DNA of 64,000 nucleotides from Candidatus Spyradenecus sp. (GTDB lineage Bacteria > Verrucomicrobiota > Verrucomicrobiia > Opitutales > UBA953), in assembly GCA_045535075.1 (NCBI GenBank), contig JAZSKX010000013.1, positions 32,001 through 96,000 of the forward strand, in the 5' to 3' direction. Below, piece after piece: positions 52,370 to 63,027 of the stretch; within the stretch, counting starts at the first letter, position 1, and each line of letters starts with the position of its first letter. The notes beneath the pieces are model-generated. The model was not told the DNA's origin and ran no database searches. It worked only from the letters and a program-made list of their open reading frames with translations. The position numbers were made by a program, and so were the translations under genes.

Positions 52370-52488
52370 GGACGCTCATTAAAAAACGTCCTGCACGAAA
52401 ATAGCAACCGCGAACACGCATCCTCGCCGGCAAACTCGCTCTTGCGGGAACGGCAGCGGAAAGCTACGATGAAGCTTCTGTTTTACCC

Positions 52489-55400
52489 ATGAGCTCTGAC
52501 CTGAATTTTAATCTTGCCGCAAATGCGAAAAACTACAGCGACGTTCCGCCTTCTGAGCCGGAAACCGTCAACGAAAGTAGCGTTCCCGCAGAAGAAATTC
52601 CGGACTTTGTTCATCTGCACGTCCACTCCCAGTATTCCATGCTCGACGGAGCAACGCGCATCGCCAGTAGCGTTGACAAAAAAAGCAAAACCCTGCTTGC
52701 AAAAGGACTCGTTCAGAAAGCGAAAGAATGCGGCATGCGTGCAGTCGCGTTGACCGACCACGGGAACATGTTCGGCACAAAGCTTTTTTATGACACCTGC
52801 CGCGCCGAAAAAATCAAACCCATCATCGGTTGCGAAGTTTACGTCGCCCGACGCACGCGTTTCGACAAAGGGAAAAACGTTCCCGCAGATGCCGATCCGA
52901 AAATCGACCGCTCCGGCGACCACCTGATTTTGCTCGCGAAAAATCTCACCGGGTACAAAAACCTCGTTAAAATCGTTTCCGCCGGCTGGATTGACGGGTT
53001 TTATCACCGTCCGCGTATCGACAAAGAAATTCTTGAGAAATTTAGCGAAGGACTCATCGTTTCGAGCGCTTGCATCGCAGGAGAAATTCCGAAGGCGATT
53101 TTAAAAAACGATTGGGGGAAAGCCGAAGCCGCCGCAAAATGGTATAAAAACATTTTCGGTGAAGATTTTTACCTCGAAATTCAGCGTCATCCGAACAACG
53201 GCGAACACAGCACGGAGGAAACGCGCGACGTTTACCTGCGGGAAGTCCGCGCCGCACAAGGACTTTTCGAACTCGCAAAAAAACTGAAAATCAAGGTTAT
53301 CGCGACAAATGACGTTCACTTCCTCGATGAAGCCGATGCAGACTCGCATGAAATTTTACTTTGCTTAAGTACGGGAAAAAAGCTTTCCGACGAAAACCGG
53401 ATGCGCTACACGCGCCAGGAATGGTTTAAAAGCAAAGAAGAAATGTACCGGTTGTTCAAAGACTGCCCGGAAGTCTTGAGTAATACGACGGAAATTGCGG
53501 ACAAGGTCGAAGAATACGACTTAAACTCGCCGCCGATTATGCCGTTCTTTCCCATTCCTGCAGAGTTCGGCTCGGAGGAAGAATACGCAAAACGCTTCAG
53601 TGAAGCCGACCTGATCGCACTTTGGGGCGAAGACCGCTTCAAAAAACTCGGCGGCTACGAGAAAGTCCTTCGCATCAAGTTCGAATGCGATTATTTGGAG
53701 CATCTCACGCTTGAAGGTGCCGCAAAGCGATGGCCGGACGGCATTCCGGAGGACGTGCGGGAACGCATTGATTTTGAACTGAACACGATTCGGACGATGG
53801 GCTTCCCGGGGTACTTTCTCATCGTTCAAGACTTTATCGCCGCCGCAAGAAAACTCGGAGTCATCGTCGGCCCCGGGCGCGGGAGCGCCGCCGGATGCGT
53901 TGTCGCGTACTGCCTGGGAATCACAGGAATCGACCCGACAAAATACGACTTGCTTTTTGAACGCTTCCTCAATCCGGATCGCATTTCGATGCCCGATATC
54001 GATATCGACTTCGACGACGCGGGGCGGCAAAGCGTACTCGAATGGGTCACAAAAAAATACGGCGCGGATCACGTTTCGCACATCGTTACGTTTGGTGTCA
54101 TGGCTCCCAAAAGTGCAATCAAAGACGTTGCCCGCGTCATCGAATTGCCCTTGGCGGAATCAAACAATCTGGCAAAGCTCGTTCCCGCGACGCCCAAAAT
54201 TACGATGTTTAAGGCGATGCAGGAAGTTCCCGAATTAAAGGAAAAACTTTCTTCGACAGATCCCGTCGTCGCGCGAACCATGCAACTCGCCGAAAAACTC
54301 GACGGCACCGTGCGCCAAAGCGGGGTCCATGCATGCGGCATTCTCATTAGCCGCGATCCGCTCACGGAAACGATTCCCGTTATGCCGACTGCAGGAGAAA
54401 GCCTGCTCACAACGCAATATGACGGACATTTTGTCGAGCCGATCGGTTTGATTAAAATGGACTTCCTCGGCTTGCGCACGCTGACGATCATCAAATCTGC
54501 GCTTGCCAATATCCGCGAATCTTCGGGCAAAGAAATCGACATCGATAAAATTCCGATGGACGATACCAAGACCTTCGAGCTTTTTTCCGCGGGAAGAACA
54601 ACGGCGCTGTTCCAGTTTGAATCAGCCGGCATGAAAAAGCACCTCATGGCGCTAAAGCCGAATCGCTTTGAAGACCTCGTAGCGATGAACGCGCTCTACC
54701 GCCCCGGACCCATGGCATACATTCCGCAATTCATCAAACGCAAACACGGAGAAGAGCCGATTGTTTACGATCATCCTCTGATGGAATCGTATTTAAAAGA
54801 TACTTACGGAATTACGGTTTATCAGGAACAGGTTATGCTTCAATCCCGTGCGCTCGGGCAATTTACGCGCGGGGAATCCGACACGCTTCGCAAAGCCATG
54901 GGGAAAAAGATGGCGGATGTCATGGCAAAGCTCAAAGAAAAGTTCATCAACGGCTGCCTCACGAACCCGAAATTCATGGAAGCCGATGTTTGCGGGAACG
55001 ACGAAAAAAAAGCAACGGCGCTTTGCAACAAAATCTGGGGCGACTGGGAAGCATTCGCGCAATACGCGTTTAACAAATCGCACTCGGTTTGCTACGCCTA
55101 CATTGCCTATCAAACCAGCTGGCTCAAAGCGCATTATCCCGTGGAATTCATGGCATCGGTTCTCGATTCCGAAACCGGAAATCCGGAAAAAATGCTTTTC
55201 TTCATCGCAGAATGCGAAAGCATGGGGATTCGCGTACTCGGCCCCGACATCAATTCTTCAAATATCGGATTCGCTCCCGACCCGAAAAATAACGCCATCC
55301 GATTCGGCTTCGGCGGGCTGAAGGGTCTCGGGGAAAAAGTCGCGGAAGAAATCATTCGGGAACGCAAAACAAACGGACGCTACAAAAGCTTTGTGGATTT

Positions 55401-56493
55401 TATGCAACGCATGGCACGCGTTCGCGTTGTTTCCGTAGACGAAAATAACGTCCGACGGGAACAAAAACTCGTCCTCGGTCGCGGTCTGCAGGCACTTATC
55501 GTCACGGGAGCGTTTGACGGTTGCGACATTTTTGAGGATCGCCGCCATCTGCTCGATTCCGCAGACGCAGTCCGCAATTCCTTTTCCAAAGAGGAAGAGG
55601 ATTCAAGTCAACTTGGGCTTTTTGACATGCTCGGCGACAACGTCGGAGACGAACTCAATCGGGATCTCATTACGCGCACGGGAACGCCGATGTCCGAAGC
55701 CGAAAAACTCCGCCACGAACGCGAGTTGCTCGGGCTCTATATTTCCGGGCATCCGCTCAACGCGTTTGTTAAACTCGATCGCGCGCTCACAACATTCAAA
55801 GGAGCATTTGAGGATTGTAAGCTTTCCCGCTACGAGAAACACAACGTCCGCCTCTGCGGAATGTGTTCCGAAATCAAAGTTAAGTCCACTAAAGACGGAC
55901 GAAAATTCATGACATTAATGCTCGAAACGCATTCCGATGCGTACGATATTTTCTGTTTCAGCGATGTCGTCAATCTCAAGATTCTAAACGCGGGAACGAA
56001 ACTGCCGGACGGCACAATCGTCAAAAGCGGCGCAATGCTTGAAAACGGAACCGTTCTCGAAGACGGCTCCATCATTGCCGTCGACGGAGAACTACGCTTT
56101 GCCAAACGCAAAAAAGACGACGTGGAAATCTCCGAATGGCGTTTTAATGCTACGCGTATTTCTTCGCTCAAAGAACAACTTCCCGTTCTCCTGAAAAAAA
56201 TTACATTCATTCTCGACGGGAACGCTCCGGAGGAAATGCACCGCTTCCTTAAGGAAAAACTCGTCCCGCATATTTCCTCAAACAGCGGCGGAACCGCCAT
56301 CGCACTTGCCGTTGCCGTCGACGGCGACATTAACAATTTGCTTGAAGCAGATCTCGGCGAGGCGATGACGGCATTTTTCCCGGCTCCGGCGTTTCGCGAG
56401 CTGGCGGAAGATCCCGCCGTCGTCGGATACGAAATTGTTCCCGTCGAGCCCTACAAGCGTCCTTCGCGTTTTCCTTCCCGCAGTTACAACTAG
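52489..56493 (+). CDS. dnaE: DNA polymerase III alpha subunit
   Basis: FVHLHVHSQYSMLDG PHP domain, GPGRGSAAG, PDIDIDFD, KMDFLGL, YAFNKSHS. Confidence 0.97.
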   Translation: MSSDLNFNLAANAKNYSDVPPSEPETVNESSVPAEEIPDFVHLHVHSQYSMLDGATRIASSVDKKSKTLLAKGLVQKAKECGMRAVALTDHGNMFGTKLFYDTCRAEKIKPIIGCEVYVARRTRFDKGKNVPADADPKIDRSGDHLILLAKNLTGYKNLVKIVSAGWIDGFYHRPRIDKEILEKFSEGLIVSSACIAGEIPKAILKNDWGKAEAAAKWYKNIFGEDFYLEIQRHPNNGEHSTEETRDVYLREVRAAQGLFELAKKLKIKVIATNDVHFLDEADADSHEILLCLSTGKKLSDENRMRYTRQEWFKSKEEMYRLFKDCPEVLSNTTEIADKVEEYDLNSPPIMPFFPIPAEFGSEEEYAKRFSEADLIALWGEDRFKKLGGYEKVLRIKFECDYLEHLTLEGAAKRWPDGIPEDVRERIDFELNTIRTMGFPGYFLIVQDFIAAARKLGVIVGPGRGSAAGCVVAYCLGITGIDPTKYDLLFERFLNPDRISMPDIDIDFDDAGRQSVLEWVTKKYGADHVSHIVTFGVMAPKSAIKDVARVIELPLAESNNLAKLVPATPKITMFKAMQEVPELKEKLSSTDPVVARTMQLAEKLDGTVRQSGVHACGILISRDPLTETIPVMPTAGESLLTTQYDGHFVEPIGLIKMDFLGLRTLTIIKSALANIRESSGKEIDIDKIPMDDTKTFELFSAGRTTALFQFESAGMKKHLMALKPNRFEDLVAMNALYRPGPMAYIPQFIKRKHGEEPIVYDHPLMESYLKDTYGITVYQEQVMLQSRALGQFTRGESDTLRKAMGKKMADVMAKLKEKFINGCLTNPKFMEADVCGNDEKKATALCNKIWGDWEAFAQYAFNKSHSVCYAYIAYQTSWLKAHYPVEFMASVLDSETGNPEKMLFFIAECESMGIRVLGPDINSSNIGFAPDPKNNAIRFGFGGLKGLGEKVAEEIIRERKTNGRYKSFVDFMQRMARVRVVSVDENNVRREQKLVLGRGLQALIVTGAFDGCDIFEDRRHLLDSADAVRNSFSKEEEDSSQLGLFDMLGDNVGDELNRDLITRTGTPMSEAEKLRHERELLGLYISGHPLNAFVKLDRALTTFKGAFEDCKLSRYEKHNVRLCGMCSEIKVKSTKDGRKFMTLMLETHSDAYDIFCFSDVVNLKILNAGTKLPDGTIVKSGAMLENGTVLEDGSIIAVDGELRFAKRKKDDVEISEWRFNATRISSLKEQLPVLLKKITFILDGNAPEEMHRFLKEKLVPHISSNSGGTAIALAVAVDGDINNLLEADLGEAMTAFFPAPAFRELAEDPAVVGYEIVPVEPYKRPSRFPSRSYN

Positions 56494-56495
56494 CG

Positions 56496-57005
56496 TCAAA
56501 TGAGCAGGCTTTTCTCTAAACGCAACAACTCTGCTTTACGCGAAGGCCCGCCGGCGTAGCCGCAAAGTTTTCCGTTTTTTCCTACAACGCGGTGGCAGGG
56601 AATGATGAGCGCAATCGGATTGTGCCCGATGGCGCCGCCGACGGCTCGCGCTGAAGGTTTCGCGTCAGATTCGCCCTGCCCGAGTGTTCCCGCGAGCGCC
56701 CCGTAAGTTTGCGTTTCCCCGTAAGGAATTTCGCGAAGCTTTTCCCAAACGCGCAAACGGAATTCCGTACCGAAAGGCGCGAGCGGGATTGCCGCCGCCG
56801 AAGGATTTTCCCCGAGAAAATAAGCATCCAGCCAACGGAACGTTTCTTTAAAAATCGGCAAATTCTCCCGCAAAATCCAAGGGCGCTCAGACGCAATTTC
56901 CGCAACTTGCCTGCCGCCTTCAAACCATAGCCCGGTAAGCGCATTTTCGCTTGCCGACAAAGTTATTTCTCCCAAAGGCGAACGATAGCGGGCGAGATAA
57001 ATCAT
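56496..57005 (-). CDS. ogt: Methylated-DNA--protein-cysteine methyltransferase
   Basis: GTEFRLRVW, IPYGET.TYG, ARAVG, IPCHRVV. Confidence 0.93.
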   Translation of the reverse strand: MIYLARYRSPLGEITLSASENALTGLWFEGGRQVAEIASERPWILRENLPIFKETFRWLDAYFLGENPSAAAIPLAPFGTEFRLRVWEKLREIPYGETQTYGALAGTLGQGESDAKPSARAVGGAIGHNPIALIIPCHRVVGKNGKLCGYAGGPSRKAELLRLEKSLLI

Positions 57006-58399
57006 TGCGCTTCAACGACTTTTCGCGCACGCGTTCCCGCAACGTCCGCGGGAACGGCAGAATAGTTTTTAAGAAAAATGAGAATAAAGACCACGTTGAT
57101 TAGCCACGAAAGCGTGTCGGAAATCGGCAAACTGAGCCAAACGCCGCGCGTTCCCCAGAAAAGAGGAAGCACCAGCAAAAGCGGAATCAACAAAAGCATT
57201 TGGCGTGTCATCGACAGGAAAATCGCCAATTTTGCCCGCCCGATCGCCTGAAAGAAATTTCCGATGACGATTTGCATTCCGATAACGGGAAGCGCATAGC
57301 ATGAGACGCGAAGCGCTTCGTCTGCAGCGGCAAGCAAGGCGGCATCTTGCGTAAACATTTTCGAAATAAATTGCGGAAAAAACACGCAAATCGCCCAACC
57401 GATCGTCGTAACCACCGTTCCCGCGAGAATTCCGTAGCGCAAAGTCAGGCGCACGCGCTCGGTTTGTCCGGCTCCGTGATTAAAGCCGGCTATCGGCTGC
57501 ATGCCTTGGGTAATTCCGTTGACAATCATCGCAATCAGCATGACCACGCGACACAAAATTCCGTAAGCCGCCACGCCTGTATCGCCGGAATATTTGAGCA
57601 ATTCATGATTCACGACAATGACGACAAGGCACCCGCAAACATTCATCATGCACGGCGCCAATCCGATGGCGACGATGCTTTTCGTTACACCGGCGCGCAA
57701 ACGAAAAATTCCCGAACGAAAATGCAAGGTGTGTTTCGGGTTGAATAAATGCGCAAGCACCCATCCCAGTCCGAAGACTTGCGCGATCGCCGTCGCTCCC
57801 GCGGCGCCGCGCATCTCCCAGCCGAAGCAGTAAATGAAAATCGGCGCAAGCACGACATTTACGATTACCGAGATCAGCAATGAATACATTGCTTTTTTCG
57901 GATAACCCGAAGCGCGCATAATGTGGTTGAGATTAAAAAAGCAAAACGTAATCGGTAAAGTCAGCAAAATGATTTGCATAAACTCGTACGCGGGAACGAA
58001 CGTCTCCCCGCTTGCGCCGAAAAGCCGCAAAATCGGATCGAGAAAAAAACAGGTTCCCCAGCCGAATCCGATTCCGGAAATAAGACTTAACCCGAGCACG
58101 TTTCCCAAGACGCTGTAAGCCTCGTCCGTTTTTTTCTCTCCGAGGCGAATCGAACAAACCGACGCCCCGCCGATGCCGACCAAGGTGCCGAGCGCAAAGG
58201 TCAAATTCATCACGGGAAATGCAATCGCAAGCGCCGCAAGCGCTGCCGCGCCGATCCATTGCCCGATGAAAATGCTGTCAACAATATTATAAAGCGAAAA
58301 AACAATCATTCCCGCAATTGCCGGAAGCGAATATTTGACCAGCAACGGCAGAATCGGCGCATTTTCCAGCGCAGCCATTTCGTTTTCCTTGGGTCCCAT
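57002..58399 (-). CDS. MATE family efflux transporter (MepA-like)
   Basis: Multiple TM segments; LYNIVDSIFIG, RASG, QGMQPIAGFNHGA. Confidence 0.92.
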   Translation of the reverse strand: MGPKENEMAALENAPILPLLVKYSLPAIAGMIVFSLYNIVDSIFIGQWIGAAALAALAIAFPVMNLTFALGTLVGIGGASVCSIRLGEKKTDEAYSVLGNVLGLSLISGIGFGWGTCFFLDPILRLFGASGETFVPAYEFMQIILLTLPITFCFFNLNHIMRASGYPKKAMYSLLISVIVNVVLAPIFIYCFGWEMRGAAGATAIAQVFGLGWVLAHLFNPKHTLHFRSGIFRLRAGVTKSIVAIGLAPCMMNVCGCLVVIVVNHELLKYSGDTGVAAYGILCRVVMLIAMIVNGITQGMQPIAGFNHGAGQTERVRLTLRYGILAGTVVTTIGWAICVFFPQFISKMFTQDAALLAAADEALRVSCYALPVIGMQIVIGNFFQAIGRAKLAIFLSMTRQMLLLIPLLLVLPLFWGTRGVWLSLPISDTLSWLINVVFILIFLKNYSAVPADVAGTRARKVVEAQ

Positions 58400-58532
58400 G
58401 AAGCCGCTACGCTAAATCTTTTTTCTCAAAAATGCAATCGGCGAGAACGCCTGAAACGACGGATAAAAAAACGAAAAAAAACAAATCGGAGTTCGTCTCA
58501 AATTTCTTTTGGTTAAATCCGCTTCTCCCAAT

Positions 58533-58566
58533 AAAAAACGTTCCCGCGCATTGATCGCGGGAACGT
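58533..58566 (-). terminator. Intrinsic terminator of rho built from two perfect 9-mers
   Basis: AAAAAACGTTCCCGCG-cattgat-CGCGGGAACGT; the A-run gives a U-tail on the minus strand. Confidence 0.82.
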
Positions 58567-58589
58567 CATTCGTACGGAAAGGCGAAGTT

Positions 58590-60839
58590 CTAGCGGCTGG
58601 CAAGCGTCATTAGAAATTCGGCATTCGTTTTCGTTTTTTTCATGCGGGAAATGAGCATTTCCATCGCATCGACGGACGGCATGCCTTTCATCGCTCGGCG
58701 CATCGAGTAAACGCACTGCATTTCCTGCGGATGATAGAGCAGTTCCTCCTTGCGCGTTCCCGAGCGCTCGAAATTGATTGCCGGGAAAATGCGTTTGTTC
58801 GCCAAGTCGCGATCCAAATCAAGCTCCATATTGCCCGTTCCCTTGAATTCCTCGAAGATGACTTCGTCCATAGTCGAGCCGGTGCCGACGAGCGCCGTGC
58901 CCAAAATCGTAAGCGAACCGCCGTCTTCAATATTGCGCGCCGAGCCGAAAAAGCGTTTCGGTTTGGCGAGCGCTCCCGCTTCAATCCCGCCGGAAAGCAA
59001 CTTCCCGCCGCTCGGCTGAAGCGTGTTGTATGCTCGCGCAAGACGCGTAATCGAGTCCAAAAGAATGATCACGTCCATACCGAGTTCGACCATGCGCCGC
59101 GCGCGTTCGATGACGATTTCGGCGACGTGGGCGTGATTTTCGGCGGATTCGTCGAAGGTCGAGCTGACGATTTCCGCGCCGGGCGTGTTGCGTTTAAAAT
59201 CCGTAACTTCTTCAGGGCGTTCGTCCACAAGCAAAACTATGAGCTTTGCCTTCGGTTTGTTTTTCAAAATCGAATTTGCCATCGTCTGAAGCAAAATGGT
59301 TTTCCCGACGCGCGGCGGCGCAACGATGAGTCCGCGTTGTCCCAAGCCAATCGGACAAAGCAAATCGACGCAACGCATGGAAAGATTATTCGTCGCATCC
59401 GGTTCCATTTCGAGCATGATTCGCTCGGTCGGATAATACGGCGTAAGTTCGGTAAACGGCGTCAGGTGTTTAATTTCTTCCGGCGGCGTTCCCATAATGG
59501 AATTGACTGCGACGACAATAGGCGCGGTTTCGCCCGGCATGGGCGGATACACAATCGTGCTCAATTCGTGCCCGCGCTGAAGGGAATATTTGCGAATAAA
59601 CGCTGCGGGAACGAAGGCGGAAAGTTCGCGAACGCAATAATTGTCCGCCGTATAAAGCAAGAGTCCGTTCCCGTTGGCGAGCAATTCGAGCGTTCCCGCG
59701 AGTTCGATCGGGCGGTCTTTCTCAAACGCGGCGGCGAGAATTTTTCGAATCAGCGGACGGCGTTGCGGGTTGCGGAAAACGGGAATGTCGAATTCGCCGG
59801 CAAGCTTAATCAGCTCGTTCATCGACAAATCGTAAATGGCGTTGAAATTCAGCGTTTCGCCCGGCGTGCATGGGACCAATTTTTCAAGCGGCTTCGGCGG
59901 CGTTTCCGAAGTTCCTTCGCCTTCTGCGGAAACTTCCGGAGCCGGCGGCGTCTCCTTAACCAGCTTCACCGTGTGGCGCGCCTTCGCTTCCAAATCAGCA
60001 AGAAACGCTTCTTCCTTGAGTTTGTTGTAATCAAAAGAATTGCCGAGATCGAGCGTTCCGACTTCCGAAGAATCCGCATTTGAAAGTGCTCCCCAAGCCG
60101 GTTTCTGAACATTTGAGCGGTCTTTGAATTTGTCAAACCGTCCTTGCGCGTTGAATTTTCCGGCCTGGAATTTTTCTTTTTTCGCCTGCGGTTGGAAACG
60201 GGCCTTAAAGTCCTTTCCGCCGGATTGTTGCGCGTTCCCGCCGGATTGCGGTCGAAACGCTCCGTTTTGCGGGCGCGATCCGCGATCCTGCGGATTAAAT
60301 TTTTGCGTTTGGCGTTTTTCCCAACGATCGCCGCGACCGAAAAATCCGCCGCGTTTCCCCTCGTCGCGCGCTTCTGCGGAAACATCGCCTTCCGATTTTG
60401 CAGAGCCCTCCGGAGCGGAAGCTTCGGGAGCATCATTTTTTTCTGCGGGAACGTCGGGCGCCTCGTCATCCGGAGAATAAACGCTTTCTGTCAATTGAGC
60501 AACCGGGCGCTCCGGAGAAAGTTGCGGGCGCGCATCGACAACGGGAAGCGCTTTTTCGGCAGCTTCGGAATTTGTTTTTTCCGGGGCTTTCGGCTCCGGA
60601 GTTTCATGCGCGGGAACGATATCGTCGTCCGGATCAAAAGAGAAAAGCGGTGTCGTTTTTTCGGGAACATCCGTATCGGCTACGGGCGTTTCGCTTCGAG
60701 CTTTCGGCTTGCGTCCGCGCTTGGCGGGAACTTTTGCCGGAGCATCGCCTTCCGGCAGCGGATTTTTGCGCGGGCGACCGCGTTTTGCCGGTTTTTTGAT
60801 TTCTTCAAGCGGCAGAGAGGGAATGGCTTCTTCTTCCAT
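58590..60839 (-). CDS. rho: Transcription termination factor Rho with long N-terminal extension
   Basis: [54 protein letters not shown]. Confidence 0.96.
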   Translation of the reverse strand: MEEEAIPSLPLEEIKKPAKRGRPRKNPLPEGDAPAKVPAKRGRKPKARSETPVADTDVPEKTTPLFSFDPDDDIVPAHETPEPKAPEKTNSEAAEKALPVVDARPQLSPERPVAQLTESVYSPDDEAPDVPAEKNDAPEASAPEGSAKSEGDVSAEARDEGKRGGFFGRGDRWEKRQTQKFNPQDRGSRPQNGAFRPQSGGNAQQSGGKDFKARFQPQAKKEKFQAGKFNAQGRFDKFKDRSNVQKPAWGALSNADSSEVGTLDLGNSFDYNKLKEEAFLADLEAKARHTVKLVKETPPAPEVSAEGEGTSETPPKPLEKLVPCTPGETLNFNAIYDLSMNELIKLAGEFDIPVFRNPQRRPLIRKILAAAFEKDRPIELAGTLELLANGNGLLLYTADNYCVRELSAFVPAAFIRKYSLQRGHELSTIVYPPMPGETAPIVVAVNSIMGTPPEEIKHLTPFTELTPYYPTERIMLEMEPDATNNLSMRCVDLLCPIGLGQRGLIVAPPRVGKTILLQTMANSILKNKPKAKLIVLLVDERPEEVTDFKRNTPGAEIVSSTFDESAENHAHVAEIVIERARRMVELGMDVIILLDSITRLARAYNTLQPSGGKLLSGGIEAGALAKPKRFFGSARNIEDGGSLTILGTALVGTGSTMDEVIFEEFKGTGNMELDLDRDLANKRIFPAINFERSGTRKEELLYHPQEMQCVYSMRRAMKGMPSVDAMEMLISRMKKTKTNAEFLMTLASR

Positions 60840-60840
60840 G

Positions 60841-61419
60841 TTAATTTAAAAATTCGGTGATAAAAAATCGGATTTGTTTTTCTAAAAATTCGGCTGAACC
60901 GTCATTGAAAAAGCAAAAATCCGCTCGGGTCATTTTTTCTTCGAGCGGCATTTGCGCCGCGATGCGAGAACGTGCCTGTTCCCGCGGCAAACCGCGTTTT
61001 TCGAGGCGCTCAAGCTGGACGGGCTCCGAGCACGCAAGGCAAAGCGTATAATCGAAAGCGGCTTCGAGTTTTTTTTCAAAAAGCAGAGGGATTTCGACGA
61101 CGCAATGTTCGCCGCGCGCTTCCGCTTCCTCCGCCTGTTCCCGCCACGCTTTTTCGATTTTCGGATGAATGAAATCTTCCAAATCCTTGCGCGCTTCGGG
61201 ATCGGAAAAAACAATCTTTGCGACTTGCGCCCGATCGATTTTTCCCCCGGAAACACAATCATTGCCGAAACGCTTTACCACAAAATCGACGGCGGCGGAA
61301 TCGGATAGAATTTCGTGTCCGAGTGCATCCGCGCTGAACGTCGTAAAATGGTGGTTTCGGAAGGCTTGTAATGCCGTGGATTTGCCGCAGCCGATGCCTC
61401 CCGTCAAAGCAATCTTCAT
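60841..61419 (-). CDS. coaE: Dephospho-CoA kinase
   Basis: [31 protein letters not shown]. Confidence 0.93.
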   Translation of the reverse strand: MKIALTGGIGCGKSTALQAFRNHHFTTFSADALGHEILSDSAAVDFVVKRFGNDCVSGGKIDRAQVAKIVFSDPEARKDLEDFIHPKIEKAWREQAEEAEARGEHCVVEIPLLFEKKLEAAFDYTLCLACSEPVQLERLEKRGLPREQARSRIAAQMPLEEKMTRADFCFFNDGSAEFLEKQIRFFITEFLN

Positions 61420-61600
61420 AAATAAATAGAATTTGGGAGATCGAAACTTAAAACCGGGATTATTGGAAGCAGCTCACTGATTCGTCCCAGTTTCGGCAAT
61501 CATGCACGCCGCGAATCAGGAAATCAAACAGAATTTTCAAAGAAACCGGTTTCGTTTTTAAACATTGCCTTTCTCTTCCCGCGCTATTTAAAACGTTCTT

Positions 61601-62956
61601 ATGCCTCCTTCCCGTAGAGATTTTCTTAAAACCGGAGCAATTATCGGCGCCGGTCTCGTTATGTTCCCGCAAATTTTCGCAGAAACGGCAGAAAAACCAG
61701 TTGCGCTGTCCGACGAAATATGTGTTGCGCTTATCGGTTGCGGCACACAAGGCAATGTGTTGTTAGACGCCATTCTGCGAATGAATCGCTCGCTCGGCGT
61801 CCGCATCGTTGCCGTTTGCGACCTTTGGAAATTCAAACTCGATTCGACGGTTCGCCGCTTGAAGGCAAACGGGCGGACCGTTAACGGCTACACGGATTTT
61901 CGTGAAATGCTTTCGCGGGAACGCTCGCTTGATGCCGTTTTCATTGCCACGCCGGATTTCTGCCATGCGCCGCAAACGATTGCCTGCCTCGCGGCGGGAA
62001 AGCATGTTTACTGCGAAAAAATGATGGCGGAAAATATTGACCGCGCCCGGGACATGGTACGTGCCGCACGCGAAGCCAAAAGCCGGGGAATTCTCACCCA
62101 AATCGGGCACCAGCGCCGCTCCAATCCGTATTACAAATTTGCATTTGAACAAGTCCTTCCCGCAAAAATCCTCGGGAGAATCACGCACGCCGTCGGGCAA
62201 TGGAACCGCGCCGTTACCCGCGACTTTACCGCGCCGAAAAAATTTCGCCCCGACGCCGCGTTGTTACGCGAATTCGGCTACGAAGACGAACACCAATTTC
62301 TCAACTGGCGTTGGTTTAAAAAGTATTCCGGCGGCCCGATTTCGGATCTCGGCGCCCATCAAATCGATATTTTTAATTGGTTTCTCGGGAAACCGGAAAG
62401 CGTCATCGCCGCCGGTGGGAACGATTATTACAAAAATCATGAGTGGTTCGACAACGTTACCGCGACATTTGCCTACGCAACGCCGGCGGGAACGGCTCGC
62501 GCCACCTATCAGGTACTGACTACGACCGGCTACGGCGGCGGATATTTCGAAGCATTCATGGGCGACGAAGGCTCTTTGCGACTTTCGGAAAAAACATCGC
62601 TCATCCGCGCCTATCAGGAGCCGCGCTCGGTTGTTGACTGGCAGGACTACGTTGAACGCGGTTTGCTCGCCAACGCCGAAATTCCCGCTGTCGTTCCCGC
62701 AGACAACGATTTCGACGCCCGAGCTTCGGCAAGCGTTCCCGCGGGCGAGTTCGTCTTACCACAACGCATCACGCTCGGAAACAAGACCATTCATCAGCCG
62801 CACGTCGAAAATTTCATTCGGGCAATTCGCCAAAAAGCCTCGCTTACCTGCGATGCTGAGGAAGCGTTTCTTTCCGAAGCTCCGATTTATAAAGTCAACG
62901 AAGCCGTCGCCGCCGAAAAAATGCTCCGATACACACCGGAAGATTTCTCCGTTTAG
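61601..62956 (+). CDS. Tat-exported Gfo/Idh/MocA family oxidoreductase
   Basis: SRRDFLK twin-arginine signal, IGCGTQG, IATPDFCH, HVYCEK, DLGAHQID. Confidence 0.9.
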   Translation: MPPSRRDFLKTGAIIGAGLVMFPQIFAETAEKPVALSDEICVALIGCGTQGNVLLDAILRMNRSLGVRIVAVCDLWKFKLDSTVRRLKANGRTVNGYTDFREMLSRERSLDAVFIATPDFCHAPQTIACLAAGKHVYCEKMMAENIDRARDMVRAAREAKSRGILTQIGHQRRSNPYYKFAFEQVLPAKILGRITHAVGQWNRAVTRDFTAPKKFRPDAALLREFGYEDEHQFLNWRWFKKYSGGPISDLGAHQIDIFNWFLGKPESVIAAGGNDYYKNHEWFDNVTATFAYATPAGTARATYQVLTTTGYGGGYFEAFMGDEGSLRLSEKTSLIRAYQEPRSVVDWQDYVERGLLANAEIPAVVPADNDFDARASASVPAGEFVLPQRITLGNKTIHQPHVENFIRAIRQKASLTCDAEEAFLSEAPIYKVNEAVAAEKMLRYTPEDFSV

Positions 62957-62960
62957 TAAA

Positions 62961-63000
62961 TTAACGAAAATTTAACAATTCCCTTATCTTTCGATAACAT
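62961..63000 (+). promoter_or_regulatory. Putative Pho-box-like direct repeat overlapping a sigma70 promoter
   Basis: TTAACG (62961) and TTAACA (62972) with an 11-bp period; TTAACA-17 nt-TAACAT upstream of the response regulator. Confidence 0.5.
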
Positions 63001-63027
63001 TTCCGGCGCACAATCAAGTAATCGCAT

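Noticed and set aside
61477..61519. 8-bp inverted repeat CTGATTCG...CGAATCAG upstream of coaE-rho as a riboswitch or ribozyme
   Set aside because: It does not match any aptamer or hammerhead core I recognise and is short enough to arise by chance.
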